Shown in pieces: positions 28,222 to 40,270 of a stretch of DNA of 64,000 bases. The DNA comes from Mobula hypostoma (taxonomy: Eukaryota), in assembly GCF_963921235.1 (NCBI RefSeq), contig NC_086097.1, positions 35,466,001 to 35,530,000 on the forward strand, given 5' to 3'. Below the pieces are notes generated by a model. The model searched no databases and was not told where the DNA came from. It worked only from the letters and a program-made list of their open reading frames with translations. The position numbers and the translations under genes are program-made. The first letter of the stretch is position 1, and every line of letters starts with the position of its first letter.

Positions 28222-28619
28222 TCAGGGACAGTTATCACCCCTCAACCATCAGGCTTTTGAATCAGAAGGGATAACTTCACTCAACTTCACTTGCTCACCT
28301 GTTCCAGCAACCTATGGACTCACTTTTGACTCTTCATTTCATGTTCTCAATATCTATCATTTATTTATTTGTTTGTTTGTTTGTTTATTTATTTATTTAT
28401 TTTTCAGTTTGTTGTCTTTTGCACATTGGTTGTCTGCCCTGCTGGGTGCTGTCTTTCATTGATTCTATCATGGTTATTGGATTTACTGAGTATGCCCATA
28501 AGAAAACAAACCTCAGGGTTGCCTGTGCTAACATATGTATGTACTTTGATAATAAATTTACTTTTAACTTTTTGAACTTTGAAATAGGTCAGACAGTGAT
28601 GAGGAGGTGTGCAAGAGTG

Positions 28620-29692
28620 AGCTAGACCTGCTTGTTGTGGTACCACAAAATGCACTCTTATTCAACGTCAACGAGATCAAGAAATTGATTGTGGACTTCA
28701 GGAAGGGGAAGTGGGGAAAACACACACTAGTCCTCATTGAGGAACACGCAGAAGTTGCTGGAAGAACTTAGCAGGTCTGGTGGCATGGTAGCGTAGTGAT
28801 TAGTACAATGCTTTACAGTTCCGTCGACCCGGTTCGGTTCTCACCGCTGCCCATTTGGAATTTGTATGTCCTCCCCTTGACCATGTGGGTTTCTTCTGGG
28901 TGCTCTGGTTTCCTCCCACAGTCCAGTTATTGGGTTAATCGTTCACTGTATATTGTCCCGTGATTAGGCGAGGGTTAAATTGGGATTTACTGGGCAGTGA
29001 GGCTCAAAGGGCTGGAGGGGGCTGTTCCACACTCTGTCTCAATAACATAAAAAATAAATAAAACATCAATGGAGAGGATTAAGTTGTCAATGTTTTGGAC
29101 CAAGACACTTTGGGGTCAGTGGTGGAAAGAATGAGCAGCTTTGTTCCTTAGGGGATTTAGGCCAACACATTGACGCAATCATGAAGAAAACACACTAGAA
29201 GTTTCATTTTGTTGGGTGTTTGAGGAGAACTGGGATGTCACCAAAGACTTCTGTAAATTTCTACAGATGTACCGTGGAGAGCATTCTGACAGGCTGCATC
29301 GCTGCCTGTCACGGAGGCCTCAAAGTGCCAGATTGCAAGAGGTTGCAGAGGATTGTAGACTCAACTACCTCCATCACGGACAGAACCTTCCCCACCCTCG
29401 AGGACATCTTCAAGAGCCAGTGCCTCAAGAAAGCGGCATCTATCATCAAAGGCCCTCACAATCCAGCACATTCCCTCTTCAGATTCTGAGGACTCATATT
29501 CAACAAGTCAGAAACAGCTTCTGCCCCTTTGTCATCATATTTTTGAAAGGTCCATGAACCTATTGATCCCTTTTGCACTATTTATTTATTTTGTAGGTTT
29601 ATAATAATTTCATGTCTTTGCATGGTATTGCTGTTGCAAAGCAACAAATTTCACATCATATGTCAGTGATTCAGATTCAGGTTTAGATTCAG
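28620..29692 (+). mobile_element. Rex1/Babar-type LINE 3' part, interrupted by a Penelope pLTR and a SINE
   Basis: ORF 29220-29489 NFYRCTVESILTGCI...KKAASIIK; (gattca)n-like tail. Confidence 0.75.
28779..29063 (+). mobile_element. V-domain SINE (HE1-like)
   Basis: ggtggcatggtagcgtagtg head, ggttcggttc B-box-like motif, gtgggtttcttctgggtgctctggtttcctcccacagtcca V-domain, A-rich tail. Confidence 0.8.
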
Positions 29693-30444
29693 AGTGATTG
29701 CATCATAAAGGGGGAGAAGAGTCATTAAAATTATGAAGAAAAGTTCTGTTGAATATGAAGGCAAGTGGGGCAGAAGTAGTGTACCAGGAATCCTTCTGAT
29801 TGGGAGAAGGTGAGAACAGAGGTCTGGGAAACAGGATACATGATGGAGAATATTGTCAACTGTAGCAGAAAGGAAAAGGGAAGACATTTCAGAAGCACCA
29901 GTGCAGAAAGTGGTGACATCAGAACAGATAAGGTGGAGACAGAGGAAGTGGGAAAATGGAATGTAAATCCTTTACAGAAAGCATGATGGAAGGAAGTACA
30001 ATCAAATTAACTACAAAGTGTGAGAGGGCGTAATTGGTATTGGTCCCTAACATATTGACTGAGATGGAGTGGAGTTAGAAATGTCAAGAAAGGGAAGGCA
30101 AGAGTGCTGGTGAAGGGGTTCAGCCGGAACATCGACTCCATCGATGATGCCTGACTTGCTGAGTTCCTCCAACATATTGTGTTAATTTCTCAGGAGCTGG
30201 AGGTGAATCATCTCGGAGTGACCACAGAATGGAATTTGACAACAATGATAATGACGTTTTTGAATTCTTTATCAGTTTATGGAAACAACACTAAAACAAA
30301 CATCAATGCACTGGAAATTGAGTGGACAGAGGGAGTGTTGTCTGATGACCAAAATAATGACTACTCCACAAGTGAGGAGGAGACGTGGTGGTGCTATGTA
30401 AAATGCTGACAGTGCTAGGTAAAACAGATGTAAAAAGAACAATT

Positions 30445-30846
30445 CTCTCCCTCTCCCTCTCCCCCCTCCCCCCCTCTTCCTCCCCCTCCCTCCCCTCCCC
30501 ATCTCCCTCCCCCTCCCCCTTCTCCCTCCCCCTCCCCCTTCTCCCTCCCCCTCCCCCTTCTCCCTCCCCTTCTCCCCCTCCCTCCCCCTCTCCTTCCTCT
30601 CCTTCTGTCTCTCCTCCCTCTCCTCCCTGTCCTTTTCCCTCTTCTTCTCCCTCTCCCTCCCTCCCCATCCCCTGTCCCTCCCCCTCTCCCTCCCCCTCCC
30701 CTTCTCCCTCTCCCCTCCCCTCCCCCTCCCCCTCCTTCTTCCTCTCCTTCTCTCTCCTCCCTCTCGTTCTCCCTCTCCTCCCTGTCCTTCTCCCTTTTCC
30801 TCTCCTTCTCTCTCCCTCCCCATCCCCTCTCACCCTCCCATCCCCT

Positions 30847-30931
<85 letters not shown>
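30445..30931. repeat. Polypyrimidine low-complexity tract (CCCTCC/CCCTCT-like) ending in a perfect (CT)n
   Basis: Nearly all C/T over ~485 bp; about 34 CT units at 30852-30920. Confidence 0.97.
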
Positions 30932-30932
<1 letters not shown>

Positions 30933-31339
30933 ACAATATGTCTACTTTTAGAAATTCACTGAAACTGAAATCATTCCACAATGATAGTTTAGTTTAAAAG
31001 CCGCTGGATGAGTTTTTAGGTAGGAATTTTACAAGCACTCTCAAGGATATAACAGCTCAGTGCACATGTGGTGCTATTATCGATTTTAAAGCTCACAGAC
31101 AAAAGCCTTTAAGAAAGAGACCATTTTAATAGACTGCACAAAAACAGAATTTATTAATGGCTTAATAAGGTGAAACTAAATACCTCCAAAGGTATATTGA
31201 ATAATTTGAAGTACAAATACATACCCTTGTACATCAAGCAAAGATTAATGTGTAACAAGAAAGGACATGATTTTGGGATCTTCAGAAACCCACAGTCCAG
31301 AAATGTAGGCAACAGCTGAGGCTAAACAAAAGAATGAAA

Positions 31340-33370
31340 TTATGTGGGCATGAAGACAGGTAATGAAAAACAAATGGTAACTAAGAGAGGGCAAAACTGT
31401 GAATGCAGAAAACTTGCACCCCACAATTCAGAAAGTGGAGGAGGTGGAGGGGGGGGATGGATTGGTTGTTACCTTCCAAAATTCTGTCTTTTCTAGAATG
31501 GTTCGTACAGCTGGGAAGGGAGCAAATACAACACACAGTGTAAGGGGGAAAGAGGAGAGAAGATGAGTAGCTACGGACTCTAGGACACAAGAGGAACTGC
31601 AGATATTGCAGATTCTGACCACAGGAGTTGGGAAGGTGCTAGAATTTACTACTAGGAAGTAGCTTGAATGGATTTAGAAAATAAGGATGGGAAGGATTCA
31701 ATGTGCATTTGTGAAAGGGAAATTATGTTTGACAAATCTGTTGGATTTTTTTTATCTGCTGAATAGATAAGGGGCTGGAGAATCAATGGGTATAGTGTAT
31801 TTGGACTTTCAATGAACTTTGTTAAGAAACTGCACAGGAGTTTTTTAAAATAAAATGAGAACTGGCATAATATGACGATGGATGGATATTGGCTAATGGA
31901 TAGAAACAGAGAGTAGGGATAAATGAATCACTTCCAGTTTGCAAAAGGTTGCGTCATGTGGAATGCTGTTGGGATCATTACTGGAGAACCAACTATTCAC
32001 ATTCTATATCAATAGCTTGGATGAGGGGCCATGTTGTACAGGTTAGGATTTTATTCCCTGGAGCACAGGAGAATGAAGAGAGGAGGGTGTATAAAATTAT
32101 GAGAGGTGGAGATGGGGTAAATACCTGCGGGCTTTTTCTCCCGAGGTTGGACGGTACTAGAATTAAAGGTCATACATTTAGGGTAAAAAGTGAAACCTGA
32201 GAGGATCTTCTTCAACCAGAGGGTGGTGCGAGTTGGACCAAGCTGCTAGAGGAAGTGGCAGATGCCGGTTCAATTGCAACATTTAGACCATAAGATACAG
32301 GAGCAGAATTAGGCCATTTGGCCCATCGAGTCTGCTCCATCATTTCATCATGGCTGATCCATTTGCCTCTCAGCCCCAATCTCCCACCTTCTCCCTGGAA
32401 CATTTCATACTCTGACTGATCAAGATCCTATCAACCTCTGCCTTAAATATACACAATGACTTGGCCTCCACAGCCGCCTGTGGCAATGACTTCCACAGAG
32501 AAGTTTGGGTAAGCACATGGATGGGAGGGTTATGGAGGGCTATGATCCAGTGCAGGTAGATAGGACTAGTCAGAAAAATAGGTTGGCACAGTCTAGATGG
32601 GCTGAAAAGCCTCTTTCTGTGCTGTAATGCTCTATGACTGTGTCTGATGATACTAATTTGGGTAGTAATGTGCGTAATGTGAGTTTGAAGGGAATATGGG
32701 CAGGCAAAGTGAAAAAATAAGGATGTAGCAGATTGAATATAATGTAGAAAAATGTGAAGTCATGCATTTTGACAGAAAATGAACAGAAAAGCTACATATT
32801 AAATAAAATATAATTAGTGAGAGATTGAAAGGTGTTGATGATCTCTGTGTTCTTGTATTTTAAAAGCAAAGCAAGTGATATCAGACTTTATTGCAAGTGG
32901 ATTTTAATACAAGAACAAGAATATTTCATAGCAGTTTAGTAGAGCCCCGGTGAGAACACGTTCAGTACACTGTGTACAGGTCTGGTTTTCCTACTTAGGG
33001 AAGAGTATACTTGCAACAGCATGAACGCAGTAAACGTTGAGCAGATTGATTCCTACGATGAGACAGTTTGATTGATGAGAGGTTATGGAGAACGGGGCAG
33101 TGCACACGAGCTTAGAAGAATGGGAAATCATTTCATTGAAACTTAGAACATTTTATGGCACTTGTCAGGAGGGACGTGTTCTTGATATTTCCCCTCACTG
33201 AGTTATTTAGAACTAGAAGTTACAGTTCCAAAACAAGAAATTAATTATTCAGGATAAGGATTAGAAGAAATTTCTTCAGCTTGGGAGCAATGAACCTTTG
33301 GAATTACTTACCCAAGGTGCTGTAGCATAGTCAAGAGAGAGGTGAATAGATTTTTGAATATAGAGTGGAT
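31340..33370 (+). mobile_element. Very old CR1 remnant with nested CR1 3' ends (32030-32640 +, 32286-32497 -)
   Basis: Decayed gtgaaagggaaattatgtttgacaaatctgttgga RT region; accataagatacaggagcag tail of a minus-strand insert. Confidence 0.6.
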
Positions 33371-33374
33371 TGTG

Positions 33375-33660
33375 TTTATTTATTTAGCGATACAGCGCAC
33401 AATAGGCCCTTCTGGCCTCATGAGCTGAACCAGCCAGCAATCCACCTGTTTAACACTAGCCTAATCACAGGCCAATTTTCAATGGCCAATTAACCATTAC
33501 CTCTTTGGGCTGGAGGAGTAAACCGGAACACCTGGAGGAAACCCACGCATTTCACAGGGAGATCGTGCAAACTCCTTACAGACAGTGACAGATCTGAACT
33601 CTGAACCCCAGAACACCCTGGGCTGTAATGGAGTCGCACTAACCACTATGCTACCAGGCG
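33375..33660 (-). mobile_element. V-domain SINE
   Basis: (ttta)n tail at 33376; aaaccggaacacctggaggaaacccacgca is the V-domain reverse complement. Confidence 0.75.
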
Positions 33661-33964
33661 CAAATTGTTAAGGATGAGGTAAGCACAGGAAGCTGCTGCT
33701 GTGAATAAAGAACAACAATTGGATTATTGATGTTGGCAGCAATCTGTTGCTGATTATGTCACAATGGGAATGATTGGCCTTCTAGACAGGAGAAACAGGC
33801 ATGCCCATCTATGAAGGGCCTATATCCACAAAGCATTCAGTAAGATCACATCTGACCTGGGCCTCTCTGGGGAGCACTGTCTCACAGGTTCAAATTTCCT
33901 AAGCTGTCATCACTGCGATGTTGTATGTGACACACAGCGGAAAAACTTACAGCAACAGTACCGA

Positions 33965-35060
33965 GCAAAGTGCTGGATGGAATCAGCAGGTCAGGCAGTA
34001 TCGATGGAGAGAGGTAAACAGTCATCAGGCCCTCATCAGGACTGAAAAGGAAAAGGGGCAGAAGCCAGAATAAGAAGGTGGGGGGAAGATCAGGAGTACA
34101 ATGGGCAAGTGATAAGTAAACCCAGCTGAAGGGGAAGGTGGATGTGTGAGGGGGATGTACTAAGAAGCTGGAGGATTATAGATGGAAGATCTGAAAAGGG
34201 AATCTGATTGGAGAAGACAATGAACATGGAAGAAAATGAGGGAAGAGACACGCCAGAGGGAGGTGATGGGCAGGTGAAGAGAAGAGGTGGGAGGAGAACC
34301 AGAATGGGGAATGAAAAAGAGAGAAGGGGGAGGGTGAAAAATTACTGCAAGTTAGAGTATTCAATGTCCATGCTTCAGGCTGGACTCTACCCAGAGAGAA
34401 TATGAGATATGCACCTCCAATCTGAGGGTGGCAGTAGGAGAGGCCATAGACTGAAAAGTCAGAATGGAAATGGGAAGTCAAATTGAAAACGACAGTTACC
34501 AGGAAATCGTGCATTTAGTGGCGGATAGAGCGAAGGTGGTCAATGAAGGGGTCCCCGGATCTATGTGATGTATTGAAGCCCACACTGGGAGCACTAACAG
34601 GCTCAAAGATGAAGTGTCACCTCACTTAGAAGGACTATTTGGGGCCCTGAATGGTAGCAAGGAACGGGATGTAAAGGTAAGTGTAGCACTCATCCCTCTT
34701 GTAGGAATAGGTGTCAGGAGGGAGAGCTGTGCATTCAGTGGAGCAGGAACAGGCAGTAGCAATGGGCCTACCTGGACAGTCACGTTTGTGGATCCTGGGT
34801 AGGAGGTAGACACGAGCAGTGTGGTGTAAGGGAAGTAGGCAGAAGATCTTCAGAGTTGACGAGGTTCATGATTGTGTGGGAGACAATGGCCTGATGTTAC
34901 TTAGTGAGGTCCTGCCAAGGGGTAAGTAAGAAAAGGTGTCTGAGAGTTGCCGCCTGGCCTCAGCAAAGCAGAGGTCAGTTCACCAGACTATAAAAGCACT
35001 CCCTTTTCTGCTAAGTACTGGGCCACTCTCTTCTTTGCAGTAGGATCTTCTCAGGTGACC
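33965..35060 (-). mobile_element. Degenerate Penelope-like element (GIY-YIG region plus pseudo-LTR)
   Basis: ORF 34176-34514 LIFSLGRVQPE; minus strand near 34530-34600 encodes a decayed SQCGLQYI...FIDHLR; pLTR end at 33970-34045. Confidence 0.7.
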
Positions 35061-35163
35061 AGAGCTAGTTTTTGCCAGACCTTTCAATTTACTGTTTGCC
35101 TCATTATCAGAGAGGCAACACAGATACGATATTAATCTAGAGATGATGCCACCTACTCTGATT

Positions 35164-38100
35164 TAGAACATAGAACATAGAATAGTACAGCACAGTAAAA
35201 GCCCTTCAGCCCACAATGTTGTTCTGACCCTCAAACCCTGCCTCCCATATTATCCCCAACCTTAAATTCCTCCATATACCTGTCTAGTAGTCTCTTAAAC
35301 TTCACTAGTGTATCTGCCTCCACCACTGACTCAGGCAGTGCATTCAACGCACCAACCACTCTCTGAGTAAAAAACTTTCCTCTAATATCCCCCTTGAACT
35401 TCCCACTCCTTACCTTAAAACCATGTCCTCTTGTACTGAGCAGTGGTGCCCTGGGGAAGAGGTGCTGGATATCCACTCTATCTATTCCTCTTATTATCTT
35501 GTACACCTCTATCATGACTCCTCTCATCCTCCTTCTCTCCAAAGAATAAAGCTCTAGCTCTCTTAATCTCTGACCATAATGCATACTCTCTAAACCAGGC
35601 AGCATCCTGGTAAATCTCCTCTGTACCCTTTCCAATGCTTCCACATCCTTCCTATAGTGAGGTGACCAGAACTGGACACAGTACTCCAAGTGTGGCCTAA
35701 CCAGAGTTTTATAGAGCTGCATCATTACATCGCGACTCTTAAACTCTATCCCTCGACTTATGAAAGCTAACACTCCATAAGCTTTCTTAACTACCCTATC
35801 CACCTGTGAGGCAACTTTCAGGGATCTGTGGACATGTACCCCGAGATCCCTCTGCTCCTCCACACTACCAAGTATCCTGCCATTTACTTTGTACTCTGCC
35901 TTGGAGTTTGTCCTTCCAAAGTGTACCACCTCACACTTCTCCGGATTGAACTCCATCTGCCACTTCTCAGCCCACTTCTGCATTCTATCAATGTCTCTCT
36001 GCAATCCTTGACAATCCTCAACACTACCTACAACACCACCAACCTTTGTGTCATTTTCAAACTTGCCAACCCACCCTTCTACCTCCACATCCAGGTCATT
36101 AATAAAAATCACGAAAAGTAGAGGTCCCAGAACAGATCCTTGTGGGCCACCACTAGTCACAATCCTCCAATCTGAATGTACTCCCTCCACCACCACCCTC
36201 TGCCTTCTGCAGGCAAGCCAATTCTGAATCCACCTGGCCAAACTTCCCTGGATCCCATGCCTTCTGACTTTCTGAATAAGCCTAACGTGTGGAACCTTGT
36301 CAAATGCCTTACTAAAATCCATATAAATCACATCCACTGCACTACCCTCATCTATATGCCTGGTCACCTCCTCAAAGAACTCTATCAGGCTTGTTAGACA
36401 CGATCTGCCCTTCGCAAAGCCATGCTGACTGTCCCTGATCAGACCATGATTCTCTACATGCCCATAGATCCTATCTCTAAAAATCTTTTCCAACAGCTTT
36501 CCCACCACAGACGTAAGGCTCACTGGTCTATAATTACCCGAAATATCCCTACTACCTTTTTTGAACAAGGGGACAACATTTGCCTCCCTCCAATCCTCTG
36601 GTACCATTCCTGTGGACAACAAGGACATAAAGATCCTAGCCAGAGGCTCAGCAATTTCTTCCCTCACCTCGTGGAGCAGCCTGGGGAATATTCCCTCAGG
36701 CCCCAGGGACTTATCTGTCCTAATGTATTTTAACAACCCCAACACCTCCTCTCCCTTGATATCAACATGCTCCAGAACATCAACCTCACTCATATTGTCC
36801 TCACCATCATCAAGTTCCCTCTCATTGGTGAATATCGAACAGAAGTATTCATTGAGGACCTCGCTCACTTCCACAGCCTCCAGGCACACCTTTCCACCTT
36901 TATCTCTAATCGGTCCTACCTTCACTCCTGTCATCCTTTTTTTCTTCACATAATTGAAGAATGCCTTGGGGTTTTCCTTTACCCTACTCGCCAAGGCCTT
37001 CTCATGCCCCCTTCTTGGTCTTCTCAGCCCCTTCTTAAGCTCCTTTCTTGCTTCCCTATATTCCTCAATAGACCCATCTGATCCCTGCTTCCTAAACCTC
37101 ATGTATGCTGCCTTCTTCCACCTGACTAGATTTTCCACCTCACTTGTCACCCATGGTTCCTTCACCCTACTATTCTTTATCCTCCTCACTGAGACAAATT
37201 TATCCCTAACATCCTGCAAGAGATCTCTAAACATTGACCACATATCCATTGTACATTTCCCTGCAAAAGCATCATCCCAATTCACACCCACAAGTTCTAG
37301 CCTTATAGCCTCATAATTTGCCCTTCCCCAATTAAAAATTTTCCTGTCCTCTCTGATTCTATCCTTTTCCATGATAATGCTAAAGGCCAGGGAGCGGTGG
37401 TCACTGTCCCCCAGATGCTCACCCACTGAGAGATCTGTGACCTGACCCGGTTCATTACCTAGTACTAGATCTAGTATGGCATTCCCCCTTGTTGGCCTGT
37501 CCACATACTGTGACAGGAATCCATCCTGGACACACTTAACAAACTCTGCTCCATCTAAACTCTTGGAACTAATCAGGTGCCAATCAATGTTAGGGACGTT
37601 AAAGTCACCCATGATAACAACTCTGTTATTTTTGCACCTTTCCAAAATCGACCTCCCAATCTGTTCCTCGGTATCTCTGCTGCTACCAGGGGGCCTATAG
37701 AATACCCCCAATAGAGTAACTGCTCCCTTCCTATTCCTGACTTCCACCCATATTGACTCAAAAGAGGATCCTGCTACATTACCCACCCTTTCTGTAGCTG
37801 TAATAGTATCCCTGACCAGTAATGCCATCCCTCCTCCCCTTTTTCTGCCCTCTCTATCCCTTTTAGAGCACTGAAATCCAGGAACATTGAGAATCCATTC
37901 CTGCCCTGGTGCCAGCCAAGTCTCTGTAATGGCCACTACATCATAATTACATGTATGTATCCAAGCTGTCAGTTCATCACCTTTGTTCCTGATGCTTCTT
38001 GCATTGAGGTACACACATTTCAGCCCTTCTACCTTACTGTCTTTACACCGTTTATTCTGCTTCTCTTTCCTCAAAGCCTCTCTGTATGTTAGGTCTGGCT

Positions 38101-38243
38101 TTACTCCATGCACTTCTTTCACTGCTCTATTGCTCTGGGTCCCATCCCCCTTGCAAATTAGTTTAAACCCTCCCGAACCATGCTAACAAACCTACCTGCA
38201 AGGATATTGCTCCCCCTTGAGTTCAGGTGCAACCTATCCAATC
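35164..38243 (-). mobile_element. Young CR1 LINE, truncated at the end of ORF1, with uninterrupted ORF2
   Basis: (tagaaca)n tail at 35164; DRLHLNSRGSNILAGRF ORF1 end; same subfamily as 18781-22593. Confidence 0.98.
35231..38122 (-). CDS. CR1 ORF2, APE endonuclease plus reverse transcriptase, 963 aa; RT motif mutated to FEND
   Basis: YLNARS, ITETW, MGDFN, LDLV, SDH endonuclease motifs; NYRPVSL, QHGF, DFSKAFDKV, PQGSVLGP RT motifs. True start codon uncertain. Confidence 0.93.
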   Translation of the reverse strand: MKEVHGVKPDLTYREALRKEKQNKRCKDSKVEGLKCVYLNARSIRNKGDELTAWIHTCNYDVVAITETWLAPGQEWILNVPGFQCSKRDREGRKRGGGMALLVRDTITATERVGNVAGSSFESIWVEVRNRKGAVTLLGVFYRPPGSSRDTEEQIGRSILERCKNNRVVIMGDFNVPNIDWHLISSKSLDGAEFVKCVQDGFLSQYVDRPTRGNAILDLVLGNEPGQVTDLSVGEHLGDSDHRSLAFSIIMEKDRIREDRKIFNWGRANYEAIRLELVGVNWDDAFAGKCTMDMWSMFRDLLQDVRDKFVSVRRIKNSRVKEPWVTSEVENLVRWKKAAYMRFRKQGSDGSIEEYREARKELKKGLRRPRRGHEKALASRVKENPKAFFNYVKKKRMTGVKVGPIRDKGGKVCLEAVEVSEVLNEYFCSIFTNERELDDGEDNMSEVDVLEHVDIKGEEVLGLLKYIRTDKSLGPEGIFPRLLHEVREEIAEPLARIFMSLLSTGMVPEDWREANVVPLFKKGSRDISGNYRPVSLTSVVGKLLEKIFRDRIYGHVENHGLIRDSQHGFAKGRSCLTSLIEFFEEVTRHIDEGSAVDVIYMDFSKAFDKVPHVRLIQKVRRHGIQGSLARWIQNWLACRRQRVVVEGVHSDWRIVTSGGPQGSVLGPLLFVIFINDLDVEVEGWVGKFENDTKVGGVVGSVEDCQGLQRDIDRMQKWAEKWQMEFNPEKCEVVHFGRTNSKAEYKVNGRILGSVEEQRDLGVHVHRSLKVASQVDRVVKKAYGVLAFISRGIEFKSRDVMMQLYKTLVRPHLEYCVQFWSPHYRKDVEALERVQRRFTRMLPGLESMHYGQRLRELELYSLERRRMRGVMIEVYKIIRGIDRVDIQHLFPRAPLLSTRGHGFKVRSGKFKGDIRGKFFTQRVVGALNALPESVVEADTLVKFKRLLDRYMEEFKVGDNMGGRV

Positions 38244-38530
38244 TGTACATTGGAAACATTGTTTCATTGGAAACAGGTGGCAACCAGCCTCTGGAATTTT
38301 CCAGTTTTGCAGCTTTCCCACCAGCACAGACACTGATGGGCACAGTTCACTTCCTGTAAAGGGTCCTTTTCATAACCTTGACCTTTGTCAAGTGGAGCAT
38401 CACTTCAGAATGCTCATTGCCACACTTCCAAGAAGCAGAAAAGATATTCATCCTCGGGGAGACTGAACTGCTAAACAAATATTAATACTTTCCAATATGT
38501 CTTTATGTACCAGGAATGGAATCAGGGGGT

Positions 38531-38930
38531 ACATAAGAACATAAGAAATAGGAGCAGGAGTAGGCCAACTGGCTTTTTGAGCCTTCTCCACCATTCAATA
38601 AGATCATGGCTGATCTGGCCATGGACTCGTATCCACCTACCTGCCTTTTCCCCATAACCCTTGCTTTCCCTACTATGCAAAAATCTATCCAACCTTGTCT
38701 TAAGTATATTTACTGAGGTAGCCTCCACTGCTTTATTGGGCAGAGAATTCCACAGATTCACCACCTTCTGGGGAAAAGCAGTTCCTCCTCATCTCCATCC
38801 TAAATCTACTCCCACAAATCTTGAGGCTATGTCCCCTAGTTCTAATCCCACCTATCAGTGGAAACAACTTTTCTGCCTCTATCTTATCTACTCTTTTCAT
38901 AATTTTATATGTTTCTATAAGATCTCCTTT
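38531..38930 (-). mobile_element. CR1 3' fragment
   Basis: acataagaacataagaa tail; ORF 38522-38764 VNLWNSLP..AVEA. Confidence 0.88.
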
Positions 38931-39265
38931 CTATAAGGTACTGCGTTGTTCCTAAAAAGTTACTGCAGTGGTCTATGGTACCCACATCCAAGGCGAGAGA
39001 GGTCAACTTTGACTTCCCTAGCTCCTGACGCGATTCAGTCATACATTGCAGTTGAGCATCTCACAGAGAGAGACATGTAAGCATCGATATTTCTGTTTTG
39101 AACTTTGGTGGGGATGTGTTAGAGAGAATAAGTTACGGGGGGGGGTACAAGAAAATAATGTGCAAAGAGTGAATGGGATTGATTGGATGGTTTGGGAGGA
39201 AGATAGCATGGAATTGAGGGGTCAAATGGACTCTTTCTGTGTCTCCATATGGAAAATGTCTAAAA

Positions 39266-39351
39266 TAGGGATTCCCAACCTGGGAACATGGACCTGGGAT
39301 CCTTTAGTTAATGGTAGTACTTCATGGCATTAAAAAAGTTGGCTACCCATG
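39266..39351. mobile_element. Possible short hAT-type MITE
   Basis: Imperfect TIRs tagggattcccaacct / aagttggctacccatg; no clear 8-bp TSD. Confidence 0.35.
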
Positions 39352-39637
39352 GGAACAATTGAAAATTGTGTAAATTTGCAGTGGGATACACACAGAAGCT
39401 GGCGGCATATGATTCTGGGTATAAACTTCCATGGCACTCCTTTTCGTGTATTCCCAGCCAAATTCACATGTCTTTATAGACCTGACGGGGTGTGAATGCT
39501 CTGCCATGCACATGTTTAGTGCATTAAGAAAGGGAAATATCCTATTTACTGGCACAAATACTTCATGCTTTCTGATGTGTCTTCATGCACCATTAATGGA
39601 GACAAGAGGGCTGAAAAAAATCCCGTGTTATTCATAG

Positions 39638-40270
39638 CAACACACATCAAAGTTGCTGGTGAACGCAGCAGGCCAGGCAGCATCTCTAGAAAGAGGTACA
39701 GTTGACGTTTCGGGCTGAGACCCTTCGTCAGGACTAACTGAAGGAAGAGTTAGTCAGAGATTTGAAAGTGGGAGGGGGAGGGGGAGATCCAAAATGATAG
39801 GAGAAGATAGGAGGGGGAGGGATGGAGCCAAGAGCTGGACAGGTGATTGGCAAAAGGGATATGAGAAGATCATGGGACAGGAGGCCCAGGGAGAAGGAGA
39901 AGGGGGAGGGGGGAAAACCCAGAGGATGGGCAAGGGGTATAGTGAGAGGGACAGAGGGAGAAAAAGGAGAGAGAGAGAAAGAATGTGTGTATATATATAA
40001 ATAATGGGTGGGGTACGAGGGCGAGGTGGGGCATTAGCGGAAGTTTGAGAAGTCAATGTTCATGCCATCAGGTTGGAGGCTACCCAGACGGAATATAAGG
40101 TGGTGTTCCTCCAACCTGAGTGTGGCTTCATCTTTACAGTAGAGGAGGCCGTGGATAGACATATCAGAATGGGAATGGGATGTGGAATTAAAATGTGTGG
40201 CCACTGGGAGATCCTGCTTTCTCTGGCGGACAGAGCGTAGGTGTTCAGCATATTCATATATTCAGCGTAG
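39638..40270 (-). mobile_element. Young Penelope-like insertion (endonuclease C-terminus, UTR, pseudo-LTR)
   Basis: 40249-40034 translates without stops: AEHLRSVRQRKQDLPVATHFN...LRLEEHHLIFRLGSLQPDGMNIDFSNFR*; 13-bp TSD gtgttattcatag at 39625-37 and 40271-83. Confidence 0.9.
39699..39736 (-). ncRNA. Minimal type I hammerhead ribozyme motif (one helix I mismatch)
   Basis: UAGUC CUGACGA A GGGU-CUCA-GCCC GAAAC GUC AACUG. Confidence 0.6.

Larger units (their letters stand above)
26560..28582 (+). mobile_element. Older Rex1/Babar-type LINE with nested insertions
   Basis: LDPLQFA, AFNTI, tttgctgatgac (FADD) near 26944, LLPSGGRFRS; aataaa and (actttg)-like tail. Confidence 0.8.

Noticed and set aside
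30272..30951. Pro/Ser- and Gly/Glu/Arg-rich ORFs
   Set aside because: Translations of the polypyrimidine tract.
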